Shown: positions 1 through 9,794 of the stretch, piece after piece
Numbering within the stretch: the stretch's first letter is position 1
Layout of the letters: each line of letters begins with the position of its first letter
Source of the DNA: an uncultured virus (IMG/VR IMGVR_UViG_3300032050_000089)
Lineage: Duplodnaviria; Heunggongvirae; Uroviricota; Caudoviricetes
Virus record (IMG/VR): IMGVR_UViG_3300032050_000089
Strand: one strand, 5' to 3'
Length of the DNA stretch: 64,000 bases
Made by a program: the position numbers and the translations under genes
The notes under the pieces: generated by a model
Told to the model about the DNA's origin: nothing
Seen by the model: the letters and a program-made list of their open reading frames with translations, nothing else
Database searches by the model: none

Positions 1-53
1 TAAAGCATATTTCTTGCTTTATCATACAAATCATAATCATTAACAATATTCAT
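1..53 (-). CDS. 5' part of a hypothetical protein running off the window (MNIVNDYDLYDKARNML...)
   Basis: ATG overlaps the regA stop (TAATG); frame stays open to position 1. Confidence 0.5.
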   Translation of the reverse strand, partial: MNIVNDYDLYDKARNML

Positions 54-457
54 TATTTCTTTCCAATATGGTACTTAGGAACTAGATTCCAATCACCCTT
101 CTCCTTAAAGGGAATGATCTTGAGCTTATTCAGCGGAAGCTGAGGCTCTTTATATCTATTCTCATCTACTGGATCTACTAGACCCCATTCAACAAGAAGC
201 TTCACTATAGTGTTTCTTCTTGCCAAATCAGTTTCATCCATATCACTATCCAGACCGTCTAAAACAAACAATTCTTTAAAATGCATTATAGCATATCTGC
301 CCTTCTTGTGCAAGATATGGCAAGACTGATATAGTTTTTTGTTTGGATTAGAAGATACGCCAATTCTCGTTAAAGTCTCTCGGACTTTCAAGAAAGCGTC
401 TTTATCTTTTAATGTAATTTCAACACCTAAACCATCAAATATGTCATTATTATCCAT
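53..457 (-). CDS. regA: Translational repressor RegA
   Basis: FLKVRETLTRIGV...LYQSCHILHK.GRY.I.HFKELF.LDG signature; T4 synteny after gp62. Confidence 0.97.
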   Translation of the reverse strand: MDNNDIFDGLGVEITLKDKDAFLKVRETLTRIGVSSNPNKKLYQSCHILHKKGRYAIMHFKELFVLDGLDSDMDETDLARRNTIVKLLVEWGLVDPVDENRYKEPQLPLNKLKIIPFKEKGDWNLVPKYHIGKK

Positions 458-481
458 AAAAACTCCATAATACCAATTTAT

Positions 482-853
482 TTAGGTTTTTTGGAGTTTT
501 TCGTATTCGGTTTGTATATGTGTTTTTTGGTCTTGGGAAAGAAGTCCGATGATTTCTAGTGCTTTTACCTTGGAGCATCCATAATAAAAGCACACGGCTT
601 CTAGACAGTCATTCTCGACCTTCTTGGCCCATTTGCTGAATCTACGCTTCTTGCGAACAGCGTTTCTTAAGTAATCGTACTGAAGTCGTTTATTCAGATG
701 GGGATACAGATTCATCTGATTAGCATAGGCGATAGTATCGATAAAGTAAGATAATGATCTATTTACCACAAATGGAACATAGTCCTTATCGTTGTCGGCA
801 AGGGCATCTTCCTTCGTGTAATTGATACTTTCTAATACCTTGGATAGGTTCAT
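482..853 (-). CDS. gp62: Clamp loader small subunit
   Basis: YVPFVVNRSLS...QYDYLRN.VRK.RRFSKWAK; lies between gp44 and regA. Confidence 0.93.
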   Translation of the reverse strand: MNLSKVLESINYTKEDALADNDKDYVPFVVNRSLSYFIDTIAYANQMNLYPHLNKRLQYDYLRNAVRKKRRFSKWAKKVENDCLEAVCFYYGCSKVKALEIIGLLSQDQKTHIQTEYEKLQKT

Positions 854-1797
854 TTCTTCCTAAACTCACATTGCATCATGATTTCTACCAAGAATGCAGT
901 CATATTGATCTCTTGATCTGCGACGAATGCTGCCTTATATTGATATTCTGCAATAATCATGACTGCTTGTGGAATACTGGCTGGCTGTAGCATATCAGTC
1001 AGATTGTCATAAATCCTTCGGAAAATATCTGTGTTGTTATTCTCAAGATTATTGACGACCCATTTACGAACCTCAGCAAAATTCTTACTGGACATGTATC
1101 CAGCCAGCTTCTTGAGGTCAATTTCCTTACATTGGCTCAAAATACCAATGTCAATCATGCCAGAGACAGAATATCTCTGAAGCTCATTGATTATACGCCT
1201 AAAGTCAGGAAAATGACTATTTACTAGAGTAGCAAGAGCACTGTCGTTATACGATACCTTTTCAGTATCAAGAATATGTTTCACCCGCTTGAACATATTA
1301 GTCGCAAGCGTAGATCTTTCCTCATAGGGAATCACAAATGAGATATGAGTGCATCGGGAATGCAGAGGATCAATAATGCGACTCGGCCAATTGCAAGTCA
1401 TAATGAATCTACAATTGGAGGAAAACTCCTCAATAGCCCCGCGCAAAGCGGGTTGAATGCTATTTGCATTACTATAATCAAACTCGTCAAGAATCACTAC
1501 CTTCTTTGCGCTTGTCAGCGATACAGTGCTAGCAAATCCACGAATCTTTGTACGAAGAGTATCAATATTTCCGTCTTCAGAGCAGTTGATCAGAATGTAA
1601 TCACATCCGAGATCCTTGCAAAGAGCCTTAGCAACCGTAGTCTTACCGCATCCGGCTGGACCAGATAGCATAAGATTCTGGGGTTCTCCTTGCTTTACCA
1701 TGCTACTGAATGTACTTGCATTCTCCTTAGAAAGAATGCATTCAGAAATGGATGATGGGCGGTATTTTTCCGCCCATACAAAGTGATCAATGTTCAT
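850..1797 (-). CDS. gp44: Clamp loader AAA+ subunit
   Basis: WAEKYRP, Walker A GPAGCGKTT, ILDEFD, SRC motif. Confidence 0.97.
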   Translation of the reverse strand: MNIDHFVWAEKYRPSSISECILSKENASTFSSMVKQGEPQNLMLSGPAGCGKTTVAKALCKDLGCDYILINCSEDGNIDTLRTKIRGFASTVSLTSAKKVVILDEFDYSNANSIQPALRGAIEEFSSNCRFIMTCNWPSRIIDPLHSRCTHISFVIPYEERSTLATNMFKRVKHILDTEKVSYNDSALATLVNSHFPDFRRIINELQRYSVSGMIDIGILSQCKEIDLKKLAGYMSSKNFAEVRKWVVNNLENNNTDIFRRIYDNLTDMLQPASIPQAVMIIAEYQYKAAFVADQEINMTAFLVEIMMQCEFRKK

Positions 1798-1801
1798 TTA
1801 C

Positions 1802-2500
1802 TTACTTTCCGTAGTTGGAAGACGGTTCCATTGCAACCCAATATGAAATTGGAGTATTGTTGCAGATAAACTTAGACACAATATTCTCCGAGAACTGTGC
1901 CTTATAAGCTCCCGGAATAAACTTCAGATTCTCAATCTTGAAGTGGAACTCAAACTCATCAGTCTCAAGTTCACCATCGTATGGGAACTCTACGCTATAG
2001 GTGTTTGTAGTGCTGTCCTTAGAATCGAACATCTCACCCATAATACTACCACTGTCGCAGAAGATCTTGAGATCCTGAATCTGTAGAATGGATGCTGCCT
2101 TTTGTAGTTCAGTTAACTTGCGCTCCGAGAACTCAAGTTCAAGAACAATGCGAGGCATGACAAGATTCTTCGTCGGATACGAAGTAATAAGCTTCGGATC
2201 ACAATAGAAGTACTTTACGGTAGAGTGATTGCTACCTTCAATCTCGACATACTTGTCGTGAAAGATGAAGTCTGGATCTTCGAACATCGACACAATGCCG
2301 AGAAACTTCGAAAGATCCCAGATAGCAAACTCAGTATCAAACTCTTCCTGAATGATGGCTTCTGCCATCACGTTCTTGTATGGAGTAACCGTGACAAGAC
2401 GATTACCGGGCTTGACAAGAAGATTGGAATTGAGAGATGCAAAGTTCTTTAGAATCTGCAATGTCTCTTTACTTAGCTTGGTGGCACTTTTTGTTTTCAT
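1802..2500 (-). CDS. gp45: Sliding clamp
   Basis: LSKETLQILKNFASLN, FAIWDLSKFL, FKIENLK, YWVAME; synteny. Confidence 0.95.
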   Translation of the reverse strand: MKTKSATKLSKETLQILKNFASLNSNLLVKPGNRLVTVTPYKNVMAEAIIQEEFDTEFAIWDLSKFLGIVSMFEDPDFIFHDKYVEIEGSNHSTVKYFYCDPKLITSYPTKNLVMPRIVLELEFSERKLTELQKAASILQIQDLKIFCDSGSIMGEMFDSKDSTTNTYSVEFPYDGELETDEFEFHFKIENLKFIPGAYKAQFSENIVSKFICNNTPISYWVAMEPSSNYGK

Positions 2501-2682
2501 AATATATTACCTCTTCTACGCATCATATCCAAGAACTCATCAAAGTCAATAGTTCCTGAGCAAACATCTTGAACAAGCTTGTTCAAATAATGACGGGTAG
2601 AACGCCTTTGCTTCTTTGCCAATTCTCTGTAAAATTTTCTTCTCCAACTATTATTCTTCTTCTTCTCATAATAGTATCCCAT
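2497..2682 (-). CDS. Small basic hypothetical protein
   Basis: 61-aa ORF, GGAG upstream, overlaps the gp45 start. Confidence 0.6.
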   Translation of the reverse strand: MGYYYEKKKNNSWRRKFYRELAKKQRRSTRHYLNKLVQDVCSGTIDFDEFLDMMRRRGNIL

Positions 2683-2689
2683 AAGTCTC

Positions 2690-2992
2690 CTAGCTAATGG
2701 CTAACCACTGTTTAGAATTTCCATCGTCAACATATTCGAATAGAATTCCAGAAACAGTATCAAGCCATTGCTGTCCGACATCAGGATTGGATGGGGCACT
2801 GCTACTGGTGACAGGAACAGTTCCATTTATTTTTTTCCAACCGCGAAGTTCTCCGTGTTCCGGAGAAAAACCATAGGTATCAAACACAGCCATATAATGC
2901 TTGCCTTCCTTCTCGACAACATCATATTGAGAATAGACGGTCATATTGCCATCTGGCTGTAGTATTCGAAATTTTCCTCGGTAGTTGTACAT
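2690..2992 (-). CDS. Hypothetical protein with CBM5/12-like aromatic motif and a fibre-type P..P..G..W.DT..G.L..Y motif
   Basis: VYSQYDVVEKEGKHYMA and APSNPDVGQQWLDTVSGILFEY; fills the gap directly after the gp46 stop. Confidence 0.6.
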   Translation of the reverse strand: MYNYRGKFRILQPDGNMTVYSQYDVVEKEGKHYMAVFDTYGFSPEHGELRGWKKINGTVPVTSSSAPSNPDVGQQWLDTVSGILFEYVDDGNSKQWLAIS

Positions 2993-4702
2993 TTATGTAA
3001 GGCTTATTTTGCTAAAGTTATTCTTCTTCTCCAGCGTGTAAATGTACTTAAACTTATCGGTAAGCTGATCTGTTTTGTGACTGATTACAATCACATTAGT
3101 TTCCTTACCTAATATATTTAGAATTTTCATCAATTCATCAGTACCGACAGAATCTAGAGAAGAATCAAAAATTTCATCCAGAATTAATAGATTGCAACTA
3201 ACGCTATTCTTTTGCTTGGCAACTTCTCTCCAAGCCAAAAGAAGAGCTAGATCTATTCTAAGCTTTTCACCTTCACTAAAACTCATGTAAGAAAAGTCAT
3301 CTCGGTGGCGACTCTTGATTGTTTCCTTAAATTCATCGTCTAGGTAAAAATGGACAAAGAAATTCATATTGGAAAGATACTTGTTCACGATCTGATTCAT
3401 CAATGGAAGATAATGGCGAATAATTTTGGTCTTAATACCACTATCTTTAAGAAGCCCAGAAAGTATTTCTAGATCTTCGTTCTCATTATAAAGTGTATCC
3501 AAGCTTCGTTGACATGACTTAGCTTCTTTCTTAAAAGTAGCAATGTCACTTGTAATTTTTTCGATAGTATCCACCAGATCAATTTTGGCTTCTTTTTCAT
3601 AAATTTTCTTTTGTTCTTCTAAATTGGCAATTTTTTGGGATGATTGCCTTATATCGTTTTTAATATTTGCTATTTCTCTCTCTAAAGTCTTTCTAGAATC
3701 ATCATTATTCTTTTGTTCTTGAATCATCTCATTCAATTTTTGAATGGCTGTGTCAATTTCGCTCTTTTTAGTATTTTTATTTGAGCAAATTTCGTTGCGA
3801 TGATTATCCGTTATAGCCTGCTTACACGCAGGACATACTTCATTTTGCTGGTAAAACTGGATGTCTTCCGTTAATGCGTCTAGATTGGCTTTTAAGCTGG
3901 ATCTTAGTTCAAGCATACCAGTATACTTGGTTTCTGCGAAAGTGGCTAGAATCGCCTCCTTGGTGGCTAGTTCTGCCTCTAATAAGGCTATAGGTTCGCT
4001 GTAGTTAGCGATACTAACATCTATTTCCTTTAGTCTATTTTGTAGCTTGGTTTCGATATCCTGCTTTTTCTTTTCCAATTCTTGGCGATTACGATCCAAA
4101 ACATCTACTTTGCCCTGAATTGTGGATAAATCGGTCTTTTTTTGTTTAATAAACTCTTTCTGCTGTGAAATTTTGCCTTTTAGAACCAAATTCATGGAAC
4201 TAAAGATTCCAATATCCAATACATTTTCAATAACCTCGCGTCTGTCAGCAGCAGTAAGTTGCATAAAGGGAACAAACGAAGACTTTCCAAGAATTACAAC
4301 CTGTGTAAAGGACTTGTATCCCATCTTTAGGATACTCTTTTCCAGATATTCCTGATATTCCTTAGTCTTGGCTGCTTGTTCTATCAGCTTGCCATCTTTA
4401 TAAATCTCAAATGTCTTCGGTGCTAGACCACGCCTAACCATGTATTTGGTGATTCCAATATCAAATTCTACCTCAACAGTACAATTCTTCTTATTTACAC
4501 TGTTGACCAATTGAGGAATATTGATGTTCCTAAAAGGAACTCCAAATAAACCAAAAGTAATAGCATCTAAGAAGGCAAATGACTTTCCATCACCATTACG
4601 CCCAGATACAAGATAGTTTCCCTTCTTACCAAAGTCTATCTCGGTAAAGTTATTGCCAAAAGAACCAAAATTCTTGAATCTCAGTTTTGTAAACTTAATC
4701 AT
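2993..4702 (-). CDS. gp46: Recombination endonuclease ATPase subunit (Rad50/SbcC-like)
   Basis: GRNGDGKS Walker A, coiled coil with CPAC zinc hook, FSEGEK signature, LILDE. Confidence 0.97.
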   Translation of the reverse strand: MIKFTKLRFKNFGSFGNNFTEIDFGKKGNYLVSGRNGDGKSFAFLDAITFGLFGVPFRNINIPQLVNSVNKKNCTVEVEFDIGITKYMVRRGLAPKTFEIYKDGKLIEQAAKTKEYQEYLEKSILKMGYKSFTQVVILGKSSFVPFMQLTAADRREVIENVLDIGIFSSMNLVLKGKISQQKEFIKQKKTDLSTIQGKVDVLDRNRQELEKKKQDIETKLQNRLKEIDVSIANYSEPIALLEAELATKEAILATFAETKYTGMLELRSSLKANLDALTEDIQFYQQNEVCPACKQAITDNHRNEICSNKNTKKSEIDTAIQKLNEMIQEQKNNDDSRKTLEREIANIKNDIRQSSQKIANLEEQKKIYEKEAKIDLVDTIEKITSDIATFKKEAKSCQRSLDTLYNENEDLEILSGLLKDSGIKTKIIRHYLPLMNQIVNKYLSNMNFFVHFYLDDEFKETIKSRHRDDFSYMSFSEGEKLRIDLALLLAWREVAKQKNSVSCNLLILDEIFDSSLDSVGTDELMKILNILGKETNVIVISHKTDQLTDKFKYIYTLEKKNNFSKISLT

Positions 4703-5744
4703 TATCTAGACTTTCAAAATAAATATCATGCACCATTTTCTTGAGTTCGTCTTTGTTCTTTACATCAATTAATTGATCAATTTCTTTTTCGATAAAAGAT
4801 AACGTATCAACACTCAAATCTGCAACATCATTTGAATCATCTGGTACGAATGTCTCATCTACAATAGAAATCTCATGGGCATTTGCAGAATTGATGCCAT
4901 CAATGAATTTTTCGTAAGTTGCTGGATTAGTTTTTCGCTGAACTATAATCTTTACAAGCTTATTCTCATATTGAGAAAAATCTATTTTGTCGATCTTTGG
5001 AGTTGCACTGTCATCATAAAAAATTCTATGGAAAATACAATTTCTATTTTGAATGTATTCTAATTCTCTAGATTTCAAATTAAACACATGAAACCCTTTG
5101 GCTTCATTGATGTCAGAAAATAACATCTGGTATTGAGTACCAAGATAATAAATGTTCTTATGTGATGATTTTAGATGAAAATGCCCAGAAAGAACAATTT
5201 CAAACTTACTAAGAACTTCATCTGACATACCGCCATCAAACTTAACACCACGAAGAACTTCATATCCAGTCAATTCAAAATGCCCACAGGCAATAGTTGC
5301 TTTGCATTTCTTGAGTTGCTTGACAATATCTTTCTCATTTGAATCATTGATCCAAGGAACCATAGCGATCTCAGTTCCATCAATGTTGATAACATCAAAC
5401 TCTCCATAGGTCTTAATATTATCAAAGGCTGGAAGTAGCTGACATACAGAATTGACCCGATTTGTATTCTTGTAATAGGTGTCGTGATTTCCTACTAAGC
5501 AATGCATTTGAATTCCCATTTCCTTCAAAGGAATTAGGACTTCATTCGTAACTCTGTTTAAAGTATTAAAATTTATATACTTTCTTCTATCGAAGAAATC
5601 TCCAAGGTGGATTATTGTATCAATTTTATTTTCTTTTAAGTAGGGGAAAAATTGATCTCTAAAAAATTCTATGAAGTAATTTAAAAACAAATCGGAATCA
5701 TTTCTGATTCCGAAGTGGGTGTCATTGATGACTGCTATTTTCAC
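4695..5744 (-). CDS. gp47: Recombination endonuclease nuclease subunit (Mre11/SbcD-like)
   Basis: DTHFG, GDFFD, GNHD, GHFH metallophosphoesterase motifs. Confidence 0.97.
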   Translation of the reverse strand: MKIAVINDTHFGIRNDSDLFLNYFIEFFRDQFFPYLKENKIDTIIHLGDFFDRRKYINFNTLNRVTNEVLIPLKEMGIQMHCLVGNHDTYYKNTNRVNSVCQLLPAFDNIKTYGEFDVINIDGTEIAMVPWINDSNEKDIVKQLKKCKATIACGHFELTGYEVLRGVKFDGGMSDEVLSKFEIVLSGHFHLKSSHKNIYYLGTQYQMLFSDINEAKGFHVFNLKSRELEYIQNRNCIFHRIFYDDSATPKIDKIDFSQYENKLVKIIVQRKTNPATYEKFIDGINSANAHEISIVDETFVPDDSNDVADLSVDTLSFIEKEIDQLIDVKNKDELKKMVHDIYFESLDND

Positions 5745-6397
5745 ATTAAACCTCTTTTAATGACTTTTTTCTTTTTTCTAGTCTTCTTTTTGGCGTTTCC
5801 GCCAGCCTTTTCTTCAAATCTTTCCACATCTCTTTCTGTGAGATTGAACACATCTGCTAATTCAGGCTTGCCGTCCTTCTCAAAGTAGTTTTCTTTAAAC
5901 CACTTGTAGAATTTATCGTCGGCATTTTCTTCCATTATCTTAAATTTTACATATGATTGCTTCTTTTCCTTCTCAATTCTTCGAAGGAATGCATAGTATA
6001 TAATTTGAGTAAAATAAGAAAAGGGGTTTGAGGATTTATCTGGGTTAAAATTGTGAGCATACATCAAACAATTTTCAATTCCATCCCCCACCATTTCTTC
6101 CCTGTAAGGGTAGTTCATGAAATTTGGTCTGTAGGACAGATGTTCCGCGATTTTTAAGAAACATTCAGCGATATAGTCAGTTACTGGTGGTCTATCCTTG
6201 CCATTTTTTTCAGCCGTTCTGACTTTCTTAATCCACTTTGTCATTTCATCATTAAACTTTGAGTTATCGATGTAATGTCCTTTTGTGGCAGGCTTTATGA
6301 TTTCTGGTTCTATTTGAACTGCAAAATCATCAAAGCCTAAATCATCTTCGTCCTCTTCTAATTCAATTTTTTTCTTCTTTTGTTTAGTTTTCTTCAT
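5741..6397 (-). CDS. gp55: Late-transcription sigma factor
   Basis: HYIDN..F, YIAECFLKIA..LS.RPNF.NY.YREEM..DGIENC, NPFSYFTQIIYYAFLRRI.KEKKQ. Confidence 0.96.
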   Translation of the reverse strand: MKKTKQKKKKIELEEDEDDLGFDDFAVQIEPEIIKPATKGHYIDNSKFNDEMTKWIKKVRTAEKNGKDRPPVTDYIAECFLKIAEHLSYRPNFMNYPYREEMVGDGIENCLMYAHNFNPDKSSNPFSYFTQIIYYAFLRRIEKEKKQSYVKFKIMEENADDKFYKWFKENYFEKDGKPELADVFNLTERDVERFEEKAGGNAKKKTRKKKKVIKRGLM

Positions 6398-6403
6398 AAT
6401 TAC

Positions 6404-6431
6404 ATTATACGTCCAAATAACATAAGAGCAA
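6404..6431 (-). promoter_or_regulatory. sigma70-type promoter for gp55 (TTGCTC-N16-TATAAT), 6 nt before ATG
   Basis: Read directly from the reverse complement. Confidence 0.6.
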
Positions 6432-6439
6432 TGGGGGTA

Positions 6440-6467
6440 TTGACAGAATTGTTTTCCTTGCTACAAT
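6440..6467 (+). promoter_or_regulatory. sigma70-type promoter TTGACA-N16-TACAAT with extended TG, antisense to surrounding genes
   Basis: ttgaca gaattgttttccttgc tacaat. Confidence 0.65.
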
Positions 6468-6522
6468 GAGCGTGTACGCGATGGACAAGGGAAATTATAC
6501 TTATTAGATACTATAGAGTACT

Positions 6523-7251
6523 TTAAGTATCCTCTGAGTCTTCCTCAGATATATCTTCAGAGTTATCTTGAAGAAGTTTGCTTGGATCATCCGGCCAATC
6601 ACTCAAATCAATTTCTTTAAGTTCTTTTTCTGAGAGTCTTTCCATTTCAGGAATCAACGCATCATCTTCAGCGAGTTCAGCAAACATCTCAGGATCTAAA
6701 ACTCCAGTATCAATCAGATCTGCAATAATATCTGGTGGGAAAAATAAAAACATTCCAACCATATTTGGTTTCTTTTCTGGAGGTTCGGGGGTAGAAGTAT
6801 CTTCTTCTTCCTTTTTGGAAGTCTTGCCAAAAAGTTCTTCTTCCATTTTCTTTTGAATCATATTCATCATTTGCGGATTCATTCCAGAAAATCCCAACTC
6901 ACTTGGAAGCTTAGGAGTCACATCTTCTATCATTTGCTTATAGAGATATTCTTGATCTTCGCGCATTTTTTGTTTCTCGTATAGAAAAACAGTTTCCTTA
7001 GCAGGATTTAGAGTAGTGGCAATATGATCTTTTGGCAATTGAACATCCAACTCGTTGGTCAATTCAAGCCAATTACGCATGATCATAACTTCTTTTGGAT
7101 AACCAGAGTTGTCAACCATGAGAACCGATTTCACAACCATGGGTCTACTAATTTTAATGGTCATATCATCCTGACTATCGATCAAGCCAATTATTTCTTC
7201 ACCACTTTTCAACTTAAAGATCTTGTAGTCTACTTCCATAATGACCTCCAT
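6523..7251 (-). CDS. Hypothetical protein, Sm-like N-terminus with acidic tail
   Basis: KIFKLKSGEEIIG motif; sits between uvsW and gp55; CATAAATA box upstream. Confidence 0.75.
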   Translation of the reverse strand: MEVIMEVDYKIFKLKSGEEIIGLIDSQDDMTIKISRPMVVKSVLMVDNSGYPKEVMIMRNWLELTNELDVQLPKDHIATTLNPAKETVFLYEKQKMREDQEYLYKQMIEDVTPKLPSELGFSGMNPQMMNMIQKKMEEELFGKTSKKEEEDTSTPEPPEKKPNMVGMFLFFPPDIIADLIDTGVLDPEMFAELAEDDALIPEMERLSEKELKEIDLSDWPDDPSKLLQDNSEDISEEDSEDT

Positions 7252-7257
7252 TAGTAT

Positions 7258-8751
7258 TTATGAATCTTGATTGAGATTTATGAGCTTAAATGGAAATTTT
7301 TCATTTTCATAAATCTTTAATCGCTCTATGAAATGATTAAATGTGTGGTTCGTGTACTTCTTGTATCTCAAATCATCAACAAGATCATAAAGAGTCATAT
7401 GCGTCTTGTTATCAGATTTTCTTAAACCTCTACCAATAGACTGAAGCACACGGACTACTGATTTTGACGGAGATGAGAAAACAATATTGTGAATATTCTT
7501 AATATTAATTCCAGTAGAACATGTACCATAAGATGCTATGAGAATGCTGTCTTCAAGTGTATCTATTTTCTGCCGAATGAATTCTCTTTCGTCAAGAGGC
7601 ACTTCTCCTGAAATGTAGAAAACCCTTTTATCAAAGTCTTTCATCATATCATATAACTTTTTACCGTGTGTTTCCACATGACTGAACAAAACAAGAGTAT
7701 TACCCTTTAATGATTTGCATAGCTGATGAATCATATTGTATCTTTTCTCACTAGAAAAAATAAAATCAAGTTCATCCCGATAATCTACTCTCTTTACTTT
7801 ATTACATTCTTCAAGAGAGTATTTAAATATCAAGCAATTGATATTAATATTGCTTAATACATCTTTTTCAATCAAAGATTTTGTGGTTGTTACTTTGTAA
7901 AGTGGTCCAAACAAACCTTCAATTATAAATTTATGAACCTTAGTATTGTCAAGGGTTCCAGAAAGACCGAATCGTATTGGGCAATTCTTCATCTTTTCCA
8001 TTATCATGGATAAAGATTTTGCTTTAAACAAATGACATTCATCGCCAATCACAGCATGAAAGTTGTCGAAAAACTTTTCATTCTCTCTGAATATACTTTG
8101 CCATGTTGAAATGACAATCTTTTTATCAATTGCCTTAGATTCCCCAGCATATATCTTTTTAACATTTGCCTTAACATCCCAGCCATTTAATTTTGAATAA
8201 TCTGCAAAGTCGTTGTATAACTGAGCAACTAGACTTGTTGTCGGTACAACAATGAGAATACTTTTATCCTTTGGCATATTGTCGATAAAATAACGAATCA
8301 AAGAATAAATTATCAACGATTTGCCTGAACCAGTGGGAGAAAGAAGTAATGCTCTTTTATTCCTGATTCCGTGTGTTACTGCATTGATTTGATAATCATG
8401 TGGAGTAATAATTTTTCCACCACTTGATACCTTGAGATAATCTGTTATGAATTTACGAATGTGTTCTTCTTCAATGTAAGAAGTTTCTTCATTGATTTCA
8501 TTCTTGTATGAATAATGTCGATCATCGAAGAATTTCTTAACATAAGGAAGCATTCCTTTGTAAATTCTCTGACTAGCAAGGTTATAAAGACGAATCTTAC
8601 CATCCCATAATCTCTTTCTAAATGATGGATTGTATTTGTGATTTGGGACTGTGAATGTAAAATAGGTATTAAGCTCTTTAGCGATGTCTTTTGGACATCG
8701 TATCTTGATGAATGCATCATCAACAGCTTCTATTTTAATCTCATTGTCCAT
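7258..8751 (-). CDS. uvsW: SF2 DNA/RNA helicase UvsW
   Basis: WDGKIRL, PTGSGKS, DECH, SGT, QSIGRGLR; start placed at MDNEIK (8751). Confidence 0.96.
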   Translation of the reverse strand: MDNEIKIEAVDDAFIKIRCPKDIAKELNTYFTFTVPNHKYNPSFRKRLWDGKIRLYNLASQRIYKGMLPYVKKFFDDRHYSYKNEINEETSYIEEEHIRKFITDYLKVSSGGKIITPHDYQINAVTHGIRNKRALLLSPTGSGKSLIIYSLIRYFIDNMPKDKSILIVVPTTSLVAQLYNDFADYSKLNGWDVKANVKKIYAGESKAIDKKIVISTWQSIFRENEKFFDNFHAVIGDECHLFKAKSLSMIMEKMKNCPIRFGLSGTLDNTKVHKFIIEGLFGPLYKVTTTKSLIEKDVLSNININCLIFKYSLEECNKVKRVDYRDELDFIFSSEKRYNMIHQLCKSLKGNTLVLFSHVETHGKKLYDMMKDFDKRVFYISGEVPLDEREFIRQKIDTLEDSILIASYGTCSTGINIKNIHNIVFSSPSKSVVRVLQSIGRGLRKSDNKTHMTLYDLVDDLRYKKYTNHTFNHFIERLKIYENEKFPFKLINLNQDS

Positions 8752-9175
8752 TAGTGAATTTAATCCAATCAATTGCTGATCTAATATTCCATTGGCGACC
8801 ATTTACAATCTTAATGACTCCATCAAGATAATTTACCATTTCTTTCTTTTCTGCGATCTTCCCTTCAAGGTTGATAATGTCATCATCAGCTTCAATGAAC
8901 TTATCTACATCTGTCTTGAGAATATTGAGTTCAAATGGTTCCCATTTAAGCTTTTCTAATTCTTCTCTGCTCAATTTGCCCATGTAGTAAAGCCATTTAT
9001 ATTTTCTTAATACTTTCATGGTTCTTTCTTCCATAGAAAGTTCTTCTTTATATTTCTTGAAAAAGAGCAAATACTTATTATGAATCTGTGGTGTTATTAC
9101 AGATTCTTGGGCCAATTCGGTAATATCAATCTTGAGGTCTTTTTCGACCTGTTCTTTAAGTTCATCGAAATTCAT
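8741..9175 (-). CDS. uvsY: Recombination mediator UvsY
   Basis: PQIHNKYL, YYMGK, RQWNIRSAIDW.KF..G; adjacent to uvsW. Confidence 0.93.
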   Translation of the reverse strand: MNFDELKEQVEKDLKIDITELAQESVITPQIHNKYLLFFKKYKEELSMEERTMKVLRKYKWLYYMGKLSREELEKLKWEPFELNILKTDVDKFIEADDDIINLEGKIAEKKEMVNYLDGVIKIVNGRQWNIRSAIDWIKFTNGQ

Positions 9176-9204
9176 AATTTAAGTATACACAAATACAAAT
9201 AAAA

Positions 9205-9726
9205 TCAATCTAAAGTAGTATTTCCCGGATCGGGATTAAAGCTGTAGTATGTATAGGCAAAACTAGCACTTACTCTTGCTGGCTCGGATGCAGGCAGGGT
9301 TGTATCAAAACCAATGCCACCTAATGATATGGGGAATATGTCAAAGAAGGTAGCAGTAATATTTGCTGTATAAGAACTCTTCTGAATAATAAGAGTTCCG
9401 GTTGATGTAAATTTATTTTCAGGAATATTATAAGTACAATCTGAATCAAGATTACCAATATTTCTCATCCATCTATAAATCTCCAACCAGTTAGTCATGT
9501 TTTCATCTACAATGAATTCAATATCAAGATTTGCAAAATTATAAGTTCCAAGTGGTCTTTTTACTGGAACACCTAATGTGGTTGGCTGATCAAAATTTGG
9601 AGATATAATACCGGGCAACGATACTTTCTGTAAAAAGAAAGTTGTTGTAGGAATTCTAGACAACTTAAAGGTATAAAAATTCCTATTAAGTTGACTAATA
9701 TTAACTGGATAATCAGCTTGCGCCAT
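9205..9726 (-). CDS. gp3: Tail tube terminator / tail completion protein
   Basis: FFLQKVSLPGI, FIVDENMTNWLEIYRWM, FDIFPISLGG; located after gp23. Confidence 0.9.
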   Translation of the reverse strand: MAQADYPVNISQLNRNFYTFKLSRIPTTTFFLQKVSLPGIISPNFDQPTTLGVPVKRPLGTYNFANLDIEFIVDENMTNWLEIYRWMRNIGNLDSDCTYNIPENKFTSTGTLIIQKSSYTANITATFFDIFPISLGGIGFDTTLPASEPARVSASFAYTYYSFNPDPGNTTLD

Positions 9727-9740
9727 AATGTATGTATAAT

Positions 9741-9770
9741 GAAAAAGGGAGAGGATTTCTCCTCTCCCTT
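9741..9770 (-). terminator. Rho-independent terminator after gp23
   Basis: AAGGGAGAGG-agaaat-CCTCTCCCTT followed by TTTC on the minus strand. Confidence 0.85.
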
Positions 9771-9794
9771 CTCATTTCCTTTTATAGAAACTTA

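Noticed and set aside
8752..8802. Longer uvsW start
   Set aside because: Lies inside uvsY; MDNEIK at 8751 fits the family N-terminus
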